A DNA stretch of 64,000 bases from Candidatus Poribacteria bacterium (GCA_965215265.1 OZ244048.1:4544001-4608000); one strand, 5' to 3'. Shown: positions 8,716-18,427, counted from the first letter of the stretch. Notes: generated by a model from the sequence alone, not told the origin. Numbers and translations are program-made.

Positions 8716-9348
8716 ACGTAACACCTCCAGTGCACGCAGTGGACGAATCCACAACGCATAGTTAAAATACACACGCTGTTCTTCTGAAACAACCTGCTCA
8801 ACAAACGAATCAAAGCCTGAAAACGACACCGTAAAAGGCAGAAGTAAATAGTTCTCACGCGCAATCTCTAGCTCATTGCACACTAATAGATGCACAGCAA
8901 ACCTCTCTGTCCACTGGTAGTGTCCAGGCTTCACCAACTCCCATTCCCCACTGGTACCCGAGAGAAACCCCCGAGGCGAACTCGCCGTCACTATCGTCAA
9001 AGTGAGCTCATCCTTTGGAACCCGCTTATCCGACAGATAAATACTGGCCCGCGCATGGATACGGGAATAGTCCCACTCATCTAACCGATCCGCTTGACTC
9101 TTGAACTCAATCAGGTTATGCGAACGGAAATACTGGCATATCGGCTCTACCGCCAGCAAGTTCGCACGCTCTGCTGCATCTTTCAACAGCACGACCACGT
9201 CTATCGTGAGCGGCAGATGGCTGACTTCCACCTCTGATTGGACAGTCAGCCCGATTTTCTCGCCGAGATGCTCGTGCATTGTCTGTTTGAAGCGTGCGTC
9301 ATAGGTAGCACGGGCATCGCGCTGTTTTTCCGCATCGGCTATCCGCAT
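8128..9348 (-). CDS. PD-(D/E)xK nuclease-fold protein (Rpn-like) with repetitive helical C-terminus
   Basis: SEVEV...TIDVVV...NLIEFKS catalytic pattern, C-terminal LSxDERVKG repeats, and SD GGAGG before the ATG. Paralogous to 48375..49298. Confidence 0.75.
   Translation of the reverse strand: MRIADAEKQRDARATYDARFKQTMHEHLGEKIGLTVQSEVEVSHLPLTIDVVVLLKDAAERANLLAVEPICQYFRSHNLIEFKSQADRLDEWDYSRIHARASIYLSDKRVPKDELTLTIVTASSPRGFLSGTSGEWELVKPGHYQWTERFAVHLLVCNELEIARENYLLLPFTVSFSGFDSFVEQVVSEEQRVYFNYALWIRPLRALEVLRMMGHQGFYDAELRELIEKFGSDILERIPPSELVKRLSVDERAKGLSADEHIKVLQSLSQAELRELIEKFGSDILERIPPSELVKRLSVDERVKGLSADEHIKVLQSLSQAELRELIEKFGSDILERIPPSELVKRLSVDERVKGLSADELVKRLSADERVKALQELSQSELRALPSEVRSELMRRLLEADNESDT
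8270..8688. repeat. Near-perfect coding tandem repeat, 150-bp (50-aa) unit, about 2.8 copies
   Basis: CTCCAAGATATCCGAACCAA recurs at 8341, 8491 and 8641. Confidence 0.97.
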
Positions 9349-9365
9349 AAACCCTCCATATTCTT

Positions 9366-9395
9366 AGTATACCATTAACTGTGTAAAGTTGTCAA
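9366..9395 (-). promoter_or_regulatory. Sigma70-type promoter of the Rpn-like gene
   Basis: TTGACA-N18-TATACT with an extended -10 TG, 17 nt upstream of the ATG. Confidence 0.8.
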
Positions 9396-9471
9396 GCACA
9401 AATTCACGCGGCCCATCTCAGGCAACGTGTGTAACCGCCTATAACCGCGCGCTAGAGGCCCAACACCCATC

Positions 9472-9518
9472 AAAAAACCCAGGGGCAGCCGCTTGTGAGG
9501 TAGCTGCCCCTAGTTTTT
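9472..9518. terminator. Intrinsic terminator (bidirectional shape)
   Basis: A-tract, stem AGGGGCAGC/GCTGCCCCT, T-tract. Homologous to 49414-49458. Confidence 0.8.
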
Positions 9519-9581
9519 GTGATGTGTGGGGTTGTTACTACGGGCTCATCAATTCCTATATGCTGAAAAAAAACGCCGCAT

Positions 9582-10334
9582 CTAACGAATTGCGGTACCC
9601 AATATGAGATCGTAGCCAATGGCATCCATCAAGGAAATGAGCACATTCCCATCAATCCTATCGACGAGATGATCGAGTCTACCGCGATCGAAAAGCGTGC
9701 CGGCAACTGGTTCTTTTTCCGTAATTAAGATGATAAGTTGCATCGCTGCACCTGAAATCAAGGGAACTGTGAGATTATCATCAACGCGAAGCGGAAGAAG
9801 TTCAACGATAGTTGCAACGGATGCTCCAACCAGTGCAACAACGAGACTTGAGAATTCAGGCTGCAACTGCACACCGCTGTCGAAAAGGAACGAGAAAAAA
9901 AAGATCGCCGTCGCAGTGCAAACGATAAAACAGGCAGCACTCCCTTCTAAACTCTTCTGACCGGTGAGTTTCATCCTGCCCCACATTTTACCTACCAACG
10001 CCGCCGAAGTATCCCCCAAAACCATGAAGAAAATGCAGACAATTGCAGGCTGCTTATAAAAAAAGAAAATGCACAACAGCGTGCTGATGAGATAGTAAGT
10101 TGCACCGGTAATAGCACCTTGGCGTTCATGTGTCCGAAGGAGCGGCATCAGTGCAGTAAAAAAAAACGCCCTGAAATGCGGCGATAGCCATTTCGCGAGT
10201 TCAACGGCTATCGCCACACCTGTCAAAATACACACAAAAAACAGTATCGTCGGTTTATCCATAAAGAGATAAACAACCGGGACGATTAAACCTGCCAGAT
10301 GAATGCTTTTCCGACGTAACTCTTCCTTCATCAA
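9582..10334 (-). CDS. CTP-dependent polyprenol/diacylglycerol kinase (dolichol/phytol kinase family) membrane protein
   Basis: EELRRKSIH, GDTSAALVGK.WG, KSLEGS and DDNLTVPL motifs. Confidence 0.85.
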   Translation of the reverse strand: MMKEELRRKSIHLAGLIVPVVYLFMDKPTILFFVCILTGVAIAVELAKWLSPHFRAFFFTALMPLLRTHERQGAITGATYYLISTLLCIFFFYKQPAIVCIFFMVLGDTSAALVGKMWGRMKLTGQKSLEGSAACFIVCTATAIFFFSFLFDSGVQLQPEFSSLVVALVGASVATIVELLPLRVDDNLTVPLISGAAMQLIILITEKEPVAGTLFDRGRLDHLVDRIDGNVLISLMDAIGYDLILGTAIR

Positions 10335-10553
10335 TGCTACCTCCGTCCAGAATTCAAGGTTGAACCCTCCTCTTCAGGATACCCACTACTGTACAGTTGA
10401 TGCCTCTGTTGCAAACTGAATCCATCGCTTCCTTAATTGTGCCAGATGTCCCGATTAAAGACAAGCCAAAATGAGCGGTAGCCACGCTTTGCAATCCGAT
10501 TTCGTAACGGACACACTGCGCAATTTTAATCTGACCTTCCAAAATTCTTGTTT

Positions 10554-10598
10554 TTGTCAAAAAAACAACACATTTTTGTTACATTTGACCAGTATAAT
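10554..10598 (+). promoter_or_regulatory. Candidate Pho-box-like promoter of the TonB-dependent receptor
   Basis: TTGTCAA (10554) and TTGTTAC (10576) lie 22 bp apart, and the latter ends 10 nt before TATAAT (10593). Confidence 0.35.
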
Positions 10599-10752
10599 TT
10601 TTTTACCATTGGAATAGAGTTGAGAACAAACGGATTCGCCTCAATCAAAATTATCTAACAGTAGGAGTTTGCAGTGCCGCAGGAGACAATACATTCATCA
10701 AAAATCCAAAGAATATTGAAACCTGCCTAAGCGTAAAAAGAAGAGAGGAAAA

Positions 10753-13599
10753 ATGGAACGGTTTTGCATCATGCTGTTGCTGCTCATACTTGGTACAGGG
10801 CCTGCTTTCGGCGAAAATGAAGCACAACAGCGAGTAAAAATTACCGGCGTGGTTATAGATAGCAACACCGAGGTACCCCTATCTAATGCCACTATCCGGG
10901 TAGTGGACACGTCTTCGCGTGATAGACAATCCCAAGTCAGTAGTGATGACACAGGGAATTTTTCTCTGGAACTACCGAGCGGTACCTATACAATCCAAGT
11001 CACTGCTTCGTTTTACAATGCCTATGTCATTTCAGATTTTCAGGTTGATGTAGAGAAAGCGGTTGAACCCATTCGTGTCTTGATGACTGCTCAGGTTGTA
11101 AAACTCGACGCGATTAAACTCCCAGTGCGGTTGAGCCAATCCAGCGAACGTGGGCTCCTTGAAAAACGGATGCGCAGCTCCCGAATTGAAGATAGCATCA
11201 GCACCGAAGAGATTAGCCGCCTCCCAGCCTCTTCTGCAGGGGATGCTATTAAGAGGGTGACAGGCGTTAGCATCGTTGGCGGACGGTACGTGTTTGTCCG
11301 AGGGCTCGGTGAACGTTACAGTAATACTCTCCTCAATAATGTTGAGATTCCGAGTCCGGAGCCCAATCGACGGGTTGTCCCGATGGATATATTTCCGGCG
11401 AGTCTCCTGGCGAGTTTGCAAACAGTCAAAACGTTTTCACCGGATCAACCGGGGGGGTTCGCTGGCGGCTCTGTACAGGTGTTTACGAAAGACTTTCCTG
11501 AAGAATTAACAATGTCACTTTCCATATCGAGCGGTTTCAACACACAGACAACCGGTGAAGAAGGGCTCACCTATGAAGGCGGTACGCTGGATTTCTTAGG
11601 TTTTGATGATACATCGCGTGAACTTCCAACGATTGTGAGAGAACAGGCGGCGGAACTGCCTATCCGCGAACGGGGACGTTTTACACCGGCCGGTTTCACA
11701 CCGGAAGAGATCCAAAAATTCGGGCAAGCTTTCTCCAACGTCTGGTCACCAAGACGGCAGGAGATTCCTATCAATCAAAGCTATAAATTCAACCTCGGCA
11801 ACAGTCACCCACTTTTCGGAAAAGACTTCGGCTACCTTGCCGTGCTCTCTTATGGCAACAGCCATAGTTCCAGTACCCAAGTGCGCAATGCCTTCCGCAT
11901 CGGATTAAACGAAATCCTTTCGCCGGTAACCTCCTACGACGTTGAACGCAACGCAAATGAAGTAGACTGGGGGAGTGTTCTAAACGCAAGCCTCCGGTTC
12001 TCACCACAGCATCAACTGAGTCTACGTTCTCTCTTCACGCATACGGCTGAAGATGAGACCCGGATATGGGAAGGCTTTAATGCCGATAGAAACACAGATA
12101 TGCGGAGCTCTCGACTCCGATATGTTGAACGCCAGCTCTTCTCTGGACAATTAGCCGGCATGCACGACTTTAATTTCGGTGCCCCAGAACTGGAACGTTC
12201 CAGCGCGGATAGTGGGACAGAAGCGATAACAACCCAGCCCGAGCTCGCAATGGAATGGCGACTCACTTATTCACGTGCATCACGGGACGAACCAGATACA
12301 CGCGAGACTATCTATGAAGATAGGGCTGGCACTTTCACTTTTCGAGATGTTACACACAGTGGCAGCCGCTTCTTTTTTGACCTGGAAGATAATGAGTATA
12401 ACGTGCGCGTGGATTGGAGGATTCCGGTTCGCAAGGCCGGATTCTTCAAATTCGGCGGACTCTTGCGAGATCGAGCGCGCACCTTTGATGCCCGCAGATT
12501 TAGATTTTTGCCTGCAGACAAAGTGGATGCCACCGTTAATTTATCAGACCCGCCCGAAACACTTTTCAAACAGGAACATATTGCACCACGCGTATTTGAA
12601 CTACGCGAATCCACTCGGGCAACCGATAACTACCTAGCAGACCACAATATCTACTCCGGCTACCTTATGCTGGATATCCCTGTCACGCAAAAATGGCAAT
12701 TCATGTCGGGGGTCCGGCTTGAATCTTCAACGCAAAAGGTAACTACCTATGATCCGTTTTCAGCATCCGTGCGGCCAATTGTGGCAGATTTAGAAACCGT
12801 AGATTTGCTGCCCGGTGCTAACTTGACGTACCGGCTAGCGGAACGGATGAACCTACGAGTCGCTGCATCACGAACGATTACACGCCCAGATTTTAGAGAA
12901 CTTGCTCCATTTGAGTTCACAGATTTCGTTGGCGGACGAACCATCCTTGGAAACCCGGAACTTGAGCGGACACAGATTGACAATTATGACTTCCGCTGGG
13001 AAGTGTTTCCACAAATTGGTGGGGTCGTCGCCGCCAGTCTCTTTTATAAACGATTTCAGAAACCGATTGAGCAAATCGTTCAGCCGCAAGCAGAAGTCCG
13101 CATTACCTATGAAAACGCCGACGCTGCGAATAACTACGGCCTTGAACTAGAAGCACGCCAGAACCTCGGAATACTCACAGATAAACTCAACGAATTCTCG
13201 ATTAACACCAATGTGGCGCTAATCTCTTCGCGGGTGGTACTACCTGATGTTGGGATCCAGACATCGTCTGAACGGCCCCTACAAGGGCAGTGCCCGTATA
13301 TAGTCAATCTCTCTATCGGTTACGAAAACCCCAACTGGGGCATCTCGAGCGCAGTCGCTTATAACATTTTTGGCAAAAGGCTCTCTGAAGTTGGAAACCA
13401 TGGTGTACCTGATGTTTATGAACAGCCCCGCGGCCAGTTGGATGCCAATTTTAGCCGCACCGTTGCAAATTACTTCCGAATCAATTTTTCGGCGAAAAAT
13501 TTACTCGACCCTTATGTGCATTTCAAACAAGGCGAAGAGGTATACGTTCAGTACAAACTCGGACGTGCCTTTTCATGCGGACTCAGCTATAACCTCTAA
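10753..13599 (+). CDS. TonB-dependent outer-membrane receptor with N-terminal carboxypeptidase-regulatory-like domain
   Basis: Signal peptide, plug motif KRVTGVSIV..RYVFVRGLGERYS, RPDFRELAPF, GNPEL, NLLD, and C-terminal LSYNL. Confidence 0.93.
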   Translation: MERFCIMLLLLILGTGPAFGENEAQQRVKITGVVIDSNTEVPLSNATIRVVDTSSRDRQSQVSSDDTGNFSLELPSGTYTIQVTASFYNAYVISDFQVDVEKAVEPIRVLMTAQVVKLDAIKLPVRLSQSSERGLLEKRMRSSRIEDSISTEEISRLPASSAGDAIKRVTGVSIVGGRYVFVRGLGERYSNTLLNNVEIPSPEPNRRVVPMDIFPASLLASLQTVKTFSPDQPGGFAGGSVQVFTKDFPEELTMSLSISSGFNTQTTGEEGLTYEGGTLDFLGFDDTSRELPTIVREQAAELPIRERGRFTPAGFTPEEIQKFGQAFSNVWSPRRQEIPINQSYKFNLGNSHPLFGKDFGYLAVLSYGNSHSSSTQVRNAFRIGLNEILSPVTSYDVERNANEVDWGSVLNASLRFSPQHQLSLRSLFTHTAEDETRIWEGFNADRNTDMRSSRLRYVERQLFSGQLAGMHDFNFGAPELERSSADSGTEAITTQPELAMEWRLTYSRASRDEPDTRETIYEDRAGTFTFRDVTHSGSRFFFDLEDNEYNVRVDWRIPVRKAGFFKFGGLLRDRARTFDARRFRFLPADKVDATVNLSDPPETLFKQEHIAPRVFELRESTRATDNYLADHNIYSGYLMLDIPVTQKWQFMSGVRLESSTQKVTTYDPFSASVRPIVADLETVDLLPGANLTYRLAERMNLRVAASRTITRPDFRELAPFEFTDFVGGRTILGNPELERTQIDNYDFRWEVFPQIGGVVAASLFYKRFQKPIEQIVQPQAEVRITYENADAANNYGLELEARQNLGILTDKLNEFSINTNVALISSRVVLPDVGIQTSSERPLQGQCPYIVNLSIGYENPNWGISSAVAYNIFGKRLSEVGNHGVPDVYEQPRGQLDANFSRTVANYFRINFSAKNLLDPYVHFKQGEEVYVQYKLGRAFSCGLSYNL

Positions 13600-13644
13600 A
13601 TGAGAGGCATCAGCATCGCGGAACGTCAAAAAGAATTAATAGTA

Positions 13645-13678
13645 TTGCAACTATTCTGTAACAATTTAAGGCTATCAT
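13645..13678 (+). promoter_or_regulatory. Candidate Pho-box promoter of the lipoprotein gene
   Basis: TTGCAAC-TATT-CTGTAAC (11-bp period) ends 10 nt before TATCAT. Confidence 0.4.
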
Positions 13679-13840
13679 TTTTCGTATATTTCAGCCCCAT
13701 CAAGGGTTATGTATTGTTAAATCCGATGTACATCTCGTCAGAGCCTTTCGATGTTATGAATCTAAACATAAACGGCTCTAGTGAGATTTGTGCTAAGGTG
13801 TTCATTATATCAATCATTGTTGTGCTCTTGTAGACAAAAA
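13677..13840. repeat. Modular inverted-repeat element, cluster 5 (single ~165-bp arm-core-arm unit)
   Basis: The left arm shares 47 identical nt with the arm at 3042. Core AATCTAAACA; right arm GAGATTTGTGC...TAGACAAAAA. Confidence 0.9.
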
Positions 13841-13954
13841 ATTGAATTGGCAACCCTTTTGCCGATGAGCGGGAAAAGGGTGCCTTATACCCAAAAAAGC
13901 GGGGTTTTTGTGCTCCGCTTGTTCTAAAATAAAAAAAGGAGCTTAGTTAAGCTA

Positions 13955-15331
13955 ATGTCAAATATTACGTCGACCCCACAGTCCAAATCTATAGAGACCA
14001 GGGTTCTGTTTAAAAATTGGTTATTTCAATTCATGCTTGTTTTCACGGTCGGGCTCACCTTAGCTTTTGTCGGTTGTGGTGCAGATGAAGATGGTGAAGA
14101 AGAAGGAGAAGCAACTTCCGAAGTGACGGAGGAAATTATTAATGTTGATGGACGGGAGGTAGTTGTCCTTGAAGGAAGGCTCACTGAAGATAGAACTCTC
14201 ACCGCGGCATACGATTATCTGTTACGTGGCGCTGTGTTTGTTGAATCCGGTGCCACGTTAACGATTGAAGCGGGTGTCCAAATTTTTGGTGAAGGCGCAA
14301 GCCAGGGGACCTTGATTGTCGCACAAGGCGGTAAGATTATGGCGCAAGGCACTGCCTCGGCTCCTATCGTCATGTCTAGTGATGCGGCTATCGGCAGCAG
14401 AGCCCGCGGACAGTGGGGGGGCTTGATCATCAACGGAAACGCCCCCACGAACCAGGGTGTTACGTTCGGTGAAGGGGATACAGGGGCCTTTGGCGGAAAC
14501 AACCCAGCCGATAGCAGCGGTGTCATACGGTATGTCCGTGTTGAATACGCCGGTATCGAATTTAGCCCTGACAATGAACTGAACGGCATCGCCTTCCAGG
14601 GTGTCGGGTCAGGTACCGTCGTTGAACATGTGCAAGTACACATGAACCAAGATGATGGTATAGAGTTCTTCGGTGGCACCGTCAACCTCAAATACGCCTT
14701 GGTGACCGGTGCACGTGATGATTCATTTGATTGGACTGATGGCTGGACCGGGAAGGGCCAATTCTGGGTTGCGCAGCAGTACGGTGACGATGCGGATAAC
14801 GGTTTCGAAGTTGATAACAACAGTAAAGATAATGAAGCAACCCCACGTTCTAATGCTACTATCTATAACGTTACGCTCGTCGGCGACCCGAGTGGCCCCG
14901 AAAGCGACAACGGTATGCTAATTCGCGAAGGTGCCGCTGGCACATATGGGAATTTCATTGTCACCGGTTTTAACAAAGTCGGGCTTGACATCAACAATGA
15001 ATCAACCCACGCACAAGCCAATAACGGGGCTTTGACGGTAAAAAACAGCATCTTCTTTGAAAACGGTAAAGGAAATTTCGGTGATGAAAAAGATGACGAC
15101 GGCTTTGATGAAGCGGCATGGGCAGCCACAAACGATAATCATGAGACAGACCCGCAATTGGCAGCCCCTTTCAATAAAACCACGCCCAACTTTACGCCGG
15201 GTGCTGGTGCCACTTCAATACCAGCCGCTACACCCCCCGCTGACGGTTTCTTTGATGCTGTTAACTTCATTGGGGGCGTGAGCCCTTCCGACAATTGGAC
15301 AAGCGGATGGACAACGAGTGCGCAAAACTAA
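13955..15331 (+). CDS. Acidic beta-helix-type lipoprotein typical of TonB-receptor partner genes
   Basis: Lipobox FVG-C, GQWGGLII.G.AP, SSGVIRYVRVEYAG, DDGIEFFGG, DDSFDW, and C-terminal NWTSGWT. SD AAGGAG. Confidence 0.8.
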   Translation: MSNITSTPQSKSIETRVLFKNWLFQFMLVFTVGLTLAFVGCGADEDGEEEGEATSEVTEEIINVDGREVVVLEGRLTEDRTLTAAYDYLLRGAVFVESGATLTIEAGVQIFGEGASQGTLIVAQGGKIMAQGTASAPIVMSSDAAIGSRARGQWGGLIINGNAPTNQGVTFGEGDTGAFGGNNPADSSGVIRYVRVEYAGIEFSPDNELNGIAFQGVGSGTVVEHVQVHMNQDDGIEFFGGTVNLKYALVTGARDDSFDWTDGWTGKGQFWVAQQYGDDADNGFEVDNNSKDNEATPRSNATIYNVTLVGDPSGPESDNGMLIREGAAGTYGNFIVTGFNKVGLDINNESTHAQANNGALTVKNSIFFENGKGNFGDEKDDDGFDEAAWAATNDNHETDPQLAAPFNKTTPNFTPGAGATSIPAATPPADGFFDAVNFIGGVSPSDNWTSGWTTSAQN

Positions 15332-15878
15332 TAGCACTGGCCCCATAAGCGTAGTTTGGTTTTCCGATAAGACCGGGCTCGCACGGCAAACCCCTTGGAC
15401 GTTCATAGCCAGTCTCCTTATTTGCAGTAGTTTGGCAGGATGTGAACAATCCAAGTGGCAGAATAGTCTCGACTCGCCAGGCCGACTCGGTCTGGCAGTC
15501 GTTGACGCTCTGAATCGGAAAGACCTTCAAAAAATGAACCGGCTCCGCGTGCAGCGCACAGAATATCTCACTTGGATATGGCCAGCTTTTCCAGCCAGCC
15601 GTCCGCCAAGCAACTTCCCCGGTGATTTTGCCTGGGCCAATCTCAATAAAAAATGTAGCATCGGGATGAAAAGAGCCATAGAACGTTACGGAGGACAGAA
15701 CTTTACCTTTGTAGGGATTCGCTTTACAAAACCTTCAGAAGACTATGACGGGTTTCAACTTTTGCGTGGAACCGTTTTGACATTAAGAAATCAGACAGGC
15801 AAAACGTTGGAAGCCAAGATTCTCGGTTCTGTAATTGTTAAGGATAATCGTTACAAGTTCCTAAGTTACGACGACTAA
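15318..15878 (+). CDS. Hypothetical lipoprotein
   Basis: Lipobox LAG-C; overlaps the preceding stop codon. Confidence 0.65.
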   Translation: MRKTNSTGPISVVWFSDKTGLARQTPWTFIASLLICSSLAGCEQSKWQNSLDSPGRLGLAVVDALNRKDLQKMNRLRVQRTEYLTWIWPAFPASRPPSNFPGDFAWANLNKKCSIGMKRAIERYGGQNFTFVGIRFTKPSEDYDGFQLLRGTVLTLRNQTGKTLEAKILGSVIVKDNRYKFLSYDD

Positions 15879-15922
15879 TTCTCTTTTATGTCTCGTGCAC
15901 AGAATGTGGAGGATCGAAATTT

Positions 15923-16933
15923 ATGAGTTATGCAATCTCTAATTACGCACTTGGCAAACAGAAAAGGAAGCATCGGCGGCAAAAAATGAAGGGCAGCGCA
16001 AAACTACAATCCACACCTATTAAAAAAAAGGTGACGATGTCGGCGAAAACCGCTCAGGTCTCAATGACAGTTGTCGATGCGCAGCGACAAAATAGAGAAG
16101 CCGCCAAAAAATGGAAAACTTCTGTTAGAAAATTCGCAATCGGACTCTCTATCGGTTTGCATGCCGTCGCCATTGTGATTGCCGCTGTCTATATCGTTCG
16201 GAAAACAGTTTTACATATGAATGAAGACAAGGTCCAAAGTGTTGTTGTGAACCAGGCCAAACCACAACCGAAACGGCGAACGCCGCCGCGTGCGACCAGA
16301 CGAACCGAGAAACCTAAAACTTTTAAGATTCGCGCACCGAAAGGGAAGCCAGTAACAACGCACGCTAAGATTCCGATGGGTAACGCACGTTTCACATTGC
16401 CCACCGGCGATATTTCTACGCGCCCCACAACGGTACCCAGTACGACTGGGATTGGCAAAAACCTCCTGACTATCGCAAGACAGACTCACATCGTTAATAC
16501 CATGCCCAAGTTTGAAGTCCCGAAATTTCAAACGGCCAGTTTTGTAGAAAGAATGGATGTCGGAACGAGTCTTGCGCAATCGGAATTCAACGACCCAGGC
16601 AATATTGAACTCGCTTCTATCAATTTAGGCGATGCCAAACAGTCATTTAACGAATTCTTGAAATTAGTCCGGGAACGTATTAAGCGCGCACAACGGTTCC
16701 CTCCCAGCGTACGGAATTTAGAAGAAGGGAGCACCACAACGGTCCGCTTCACGCTTTTTAAGGACGGCACTGTAGGCAATCCGAAGGTTGCCAATTCTTC
16801 CGGATCACGTGCACTGGACAGTGCTGCAATCGCTGCGGTTCAAAATGCAGTGCCGTATCCGCCGTTCCCCGATGGGCAGTATGGGAGCAGCTTGCGGCTT
16901 GAACTCCCCATTGTTTTTGAGTTAGTGAATTAA
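15923..16933 (+). CDS. tonB: TonB family energy transducer
   Basis: TM anchor SIGLH, Pro/Lys-rich linker, and C-terminal FP....GxxxVRFTL..DG.V...SSG...LD.AA domain. Confidence 0.8.
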   Translation: MSYAISNYALGKQKRKHRRQKMKGSAKLQSTPIKKKVTMSAKTAQVSMTVVDAQRQNREAAKKWKTSVRKFAIGLSIGLHAVAIVIAAVYIVRKTVLHMNEDKVQSVVVNQAKPQPKRRTPPRATRRTEKPKTFKIRAPKGKPVTTHAKIPMGNARFTLPTGDISTRPTTVPSTTGIGKNLLTIARQTHIVNTMPKFEVPKFQTASFVERMDVGTSLAQSEFNDPGNIELASINLGDAKQSFNEFLKLVRERIKRAQRFPPSVRNLEEGSTTTVRFTLFKDGTVGNPKVANSSGSRALDSAAIAAVQNAVPYPPFPDGQYGSSLRLELPIVFELVN

Positions 16934-17023
16934 CGATCGAACGTCGGGACGGCTGCTGCTGTCCTCGACACTCCAAAGCAAGATTTTGTCTATCCGCAAA
17001 TACGACTTGCTATGATGCGTCTC

Positions 17024-18349
17024 CTACTGATTTTCCCACTCAAACCGCTGTTTATCTATCTTCGCTTTCTCTTCATCTACAAAACGCAACAACACCAACC
17101 CGACAATAAAGAAAACGATAAGCGAGATGATAGCTTGGCGTGCGTCGCCTGTGATGTGACGAATAAAGCCAAACACAAACGGTCCCCAAATCGCCGAGAA
17201 CTTATTAAAAACTGAATAGAAACCATAAAACTCAGCACTCGCCTGTTCTGGAACTATTCGCCCGTAGAAGGAACGGCTCAGCGCTTGTGTTCCGCCAAGC
17301 ACAATGCCAACAACCACGCCTAACAAAAAGTATTGCATTGCACCATCAATGAAATACCCGTAGGTGACAACAGCACTCCAGAGAAGCAAGGCAAAGATAA
17401 TAGCACGTTTTGTGCCGATGCGTTCCGCTAACCGACTGAATAGCAGCGCACCGCCTATTGCAATGATTTGGATAACGAGCAACGTCACTAGGAGTACCGT
17501 TGTTGAAAGCTCTAACGTTTCCTTACCGTAAATTGTCGCCATGCTGGTAACCGTATGGATACCGTCATTATAAATCATATAGGCGATCAGAAAGAGCGTG
17601 AGATGTTTAAAGCGGCCTACCTTTTTCGCAGTCGCCAGGGTGCGGCGAATGCCGAGCGCCAGATAACCTTTTACTTTTAAGGAATCAGGCCCATTTTCAG
17701 GTAACGCGTGAGGTGTTTTCTCTTCCTTAAGGTACTTAGCCGTCAAAAGTGTCCAGCCTGCCCACCAGAGTCCCGCCATTGCCATCCCGATACGTGCTGC
17801 CATGGCTTGACTCATTCCCAACGTTTCATGCATCGCAACGAGTGCCAGAGAAATAGCAAACTGAGTCCCACCGCCGATGTACCCAAATGCATAACCGTTA
17901 GCGGAGACAGCATCCAGTTTATCTTCAGAGGCAATGTGTGGTAAAAAAGCGTCATAGAAGACATTCGCCCCCACAAAACAGACCTGGGAGCCGATAAAGA
18001 GGCACACCGTCAACACGACATCTCCTGTCTTACAAAAATAGAGCAAGGTTGCGAAAAAGCTGCCCATGTAAGCGAAACCGAGCAGAAACCGCTTTTTCGC
18101 CGAAGAGAAATCGGCGATAGCCCCCAGGACAGGCGCGAAGAGGAAGACTAAAAATGCGGACGCTGCCAACATCCATGCCCATAACGTCTCACTACTTACG
18201 TTATGCCCGGCAATGTTAACACCATCTTCGCCTACGATCGCTCCTGCAAAATAGACAGGCAACAAGGCAACCACCGTCGTCGTAATATAGGCCGAATTCG
18301 CCCAATCATATAGACACCAGCCCAAAATTGTTTTCTTATCGTTTTTCAT
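17024..18349 (-). CDS. MFS transporter, UMF1/Atg22-like family
   Basis: GWCLYDWANSAY, NVFYDAFLP, GYAFGYIGG, QALSRS and AEFYGFY motifs. Confidence 0.9.
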   Translation of the reverse strand: MKNDKKTILGWCLYDWANSAYITTTVVALLPVYFAGAIVGEDGVNIAGHNVSSETLWAWMLAASAFLVFLFAPVLGAIADFSSAKKRFLLGFAYMGSFFATLLYFCKTGDVVLTVCLFIGSQVCFVGANVFYDAFLPHIASEDKLDAVSANGYAFGYIGGGTQFAISLALVAMHETLGMSQAMAARIGMAMAGLWWAGWTLLTAKYLKEEKTPHALPENGPDSLKVKGYLALGIRRTLATAKKVGRFKHLTLFLIAYMIYNDGIHTVTSMATIYGKETLELSTTVLLVTLLVIQIIAIGGALLFSRLAERIGTKRAIIFALLLWSAVVTYGYFIDGAMQYFLLGVVVGIVLGGTQALSRSFYGRIVPEQASAEFYGFYSVFNKFSAIWGPFVFGFIRHITGDARQAIISLIVFFIVGLVLLRFVDEEKAKIDKQRFEWENQ

Positions 18350-18427
18350 GATAATTTCGTCCTATTTTCTCATATTTCGCATCGCAAATCAAGCCGGTTT
18401 TCCTAAAACGCCAAAAACTAATAGACG

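Noticed and set aside
13600-13833. 77-aa ORF, plus similar short ORFs at 1074-1307, 4712-5020 and 47987-48258
   Set aside because: They are chance frames through the repeat elements.
14215-14820. Long antisense ORFs (e.g. 201 aa here, also 36953-37465 and 44713-45216)
   Set aside because: Shadow frames of well-supported genes, with no RBS or motifs.
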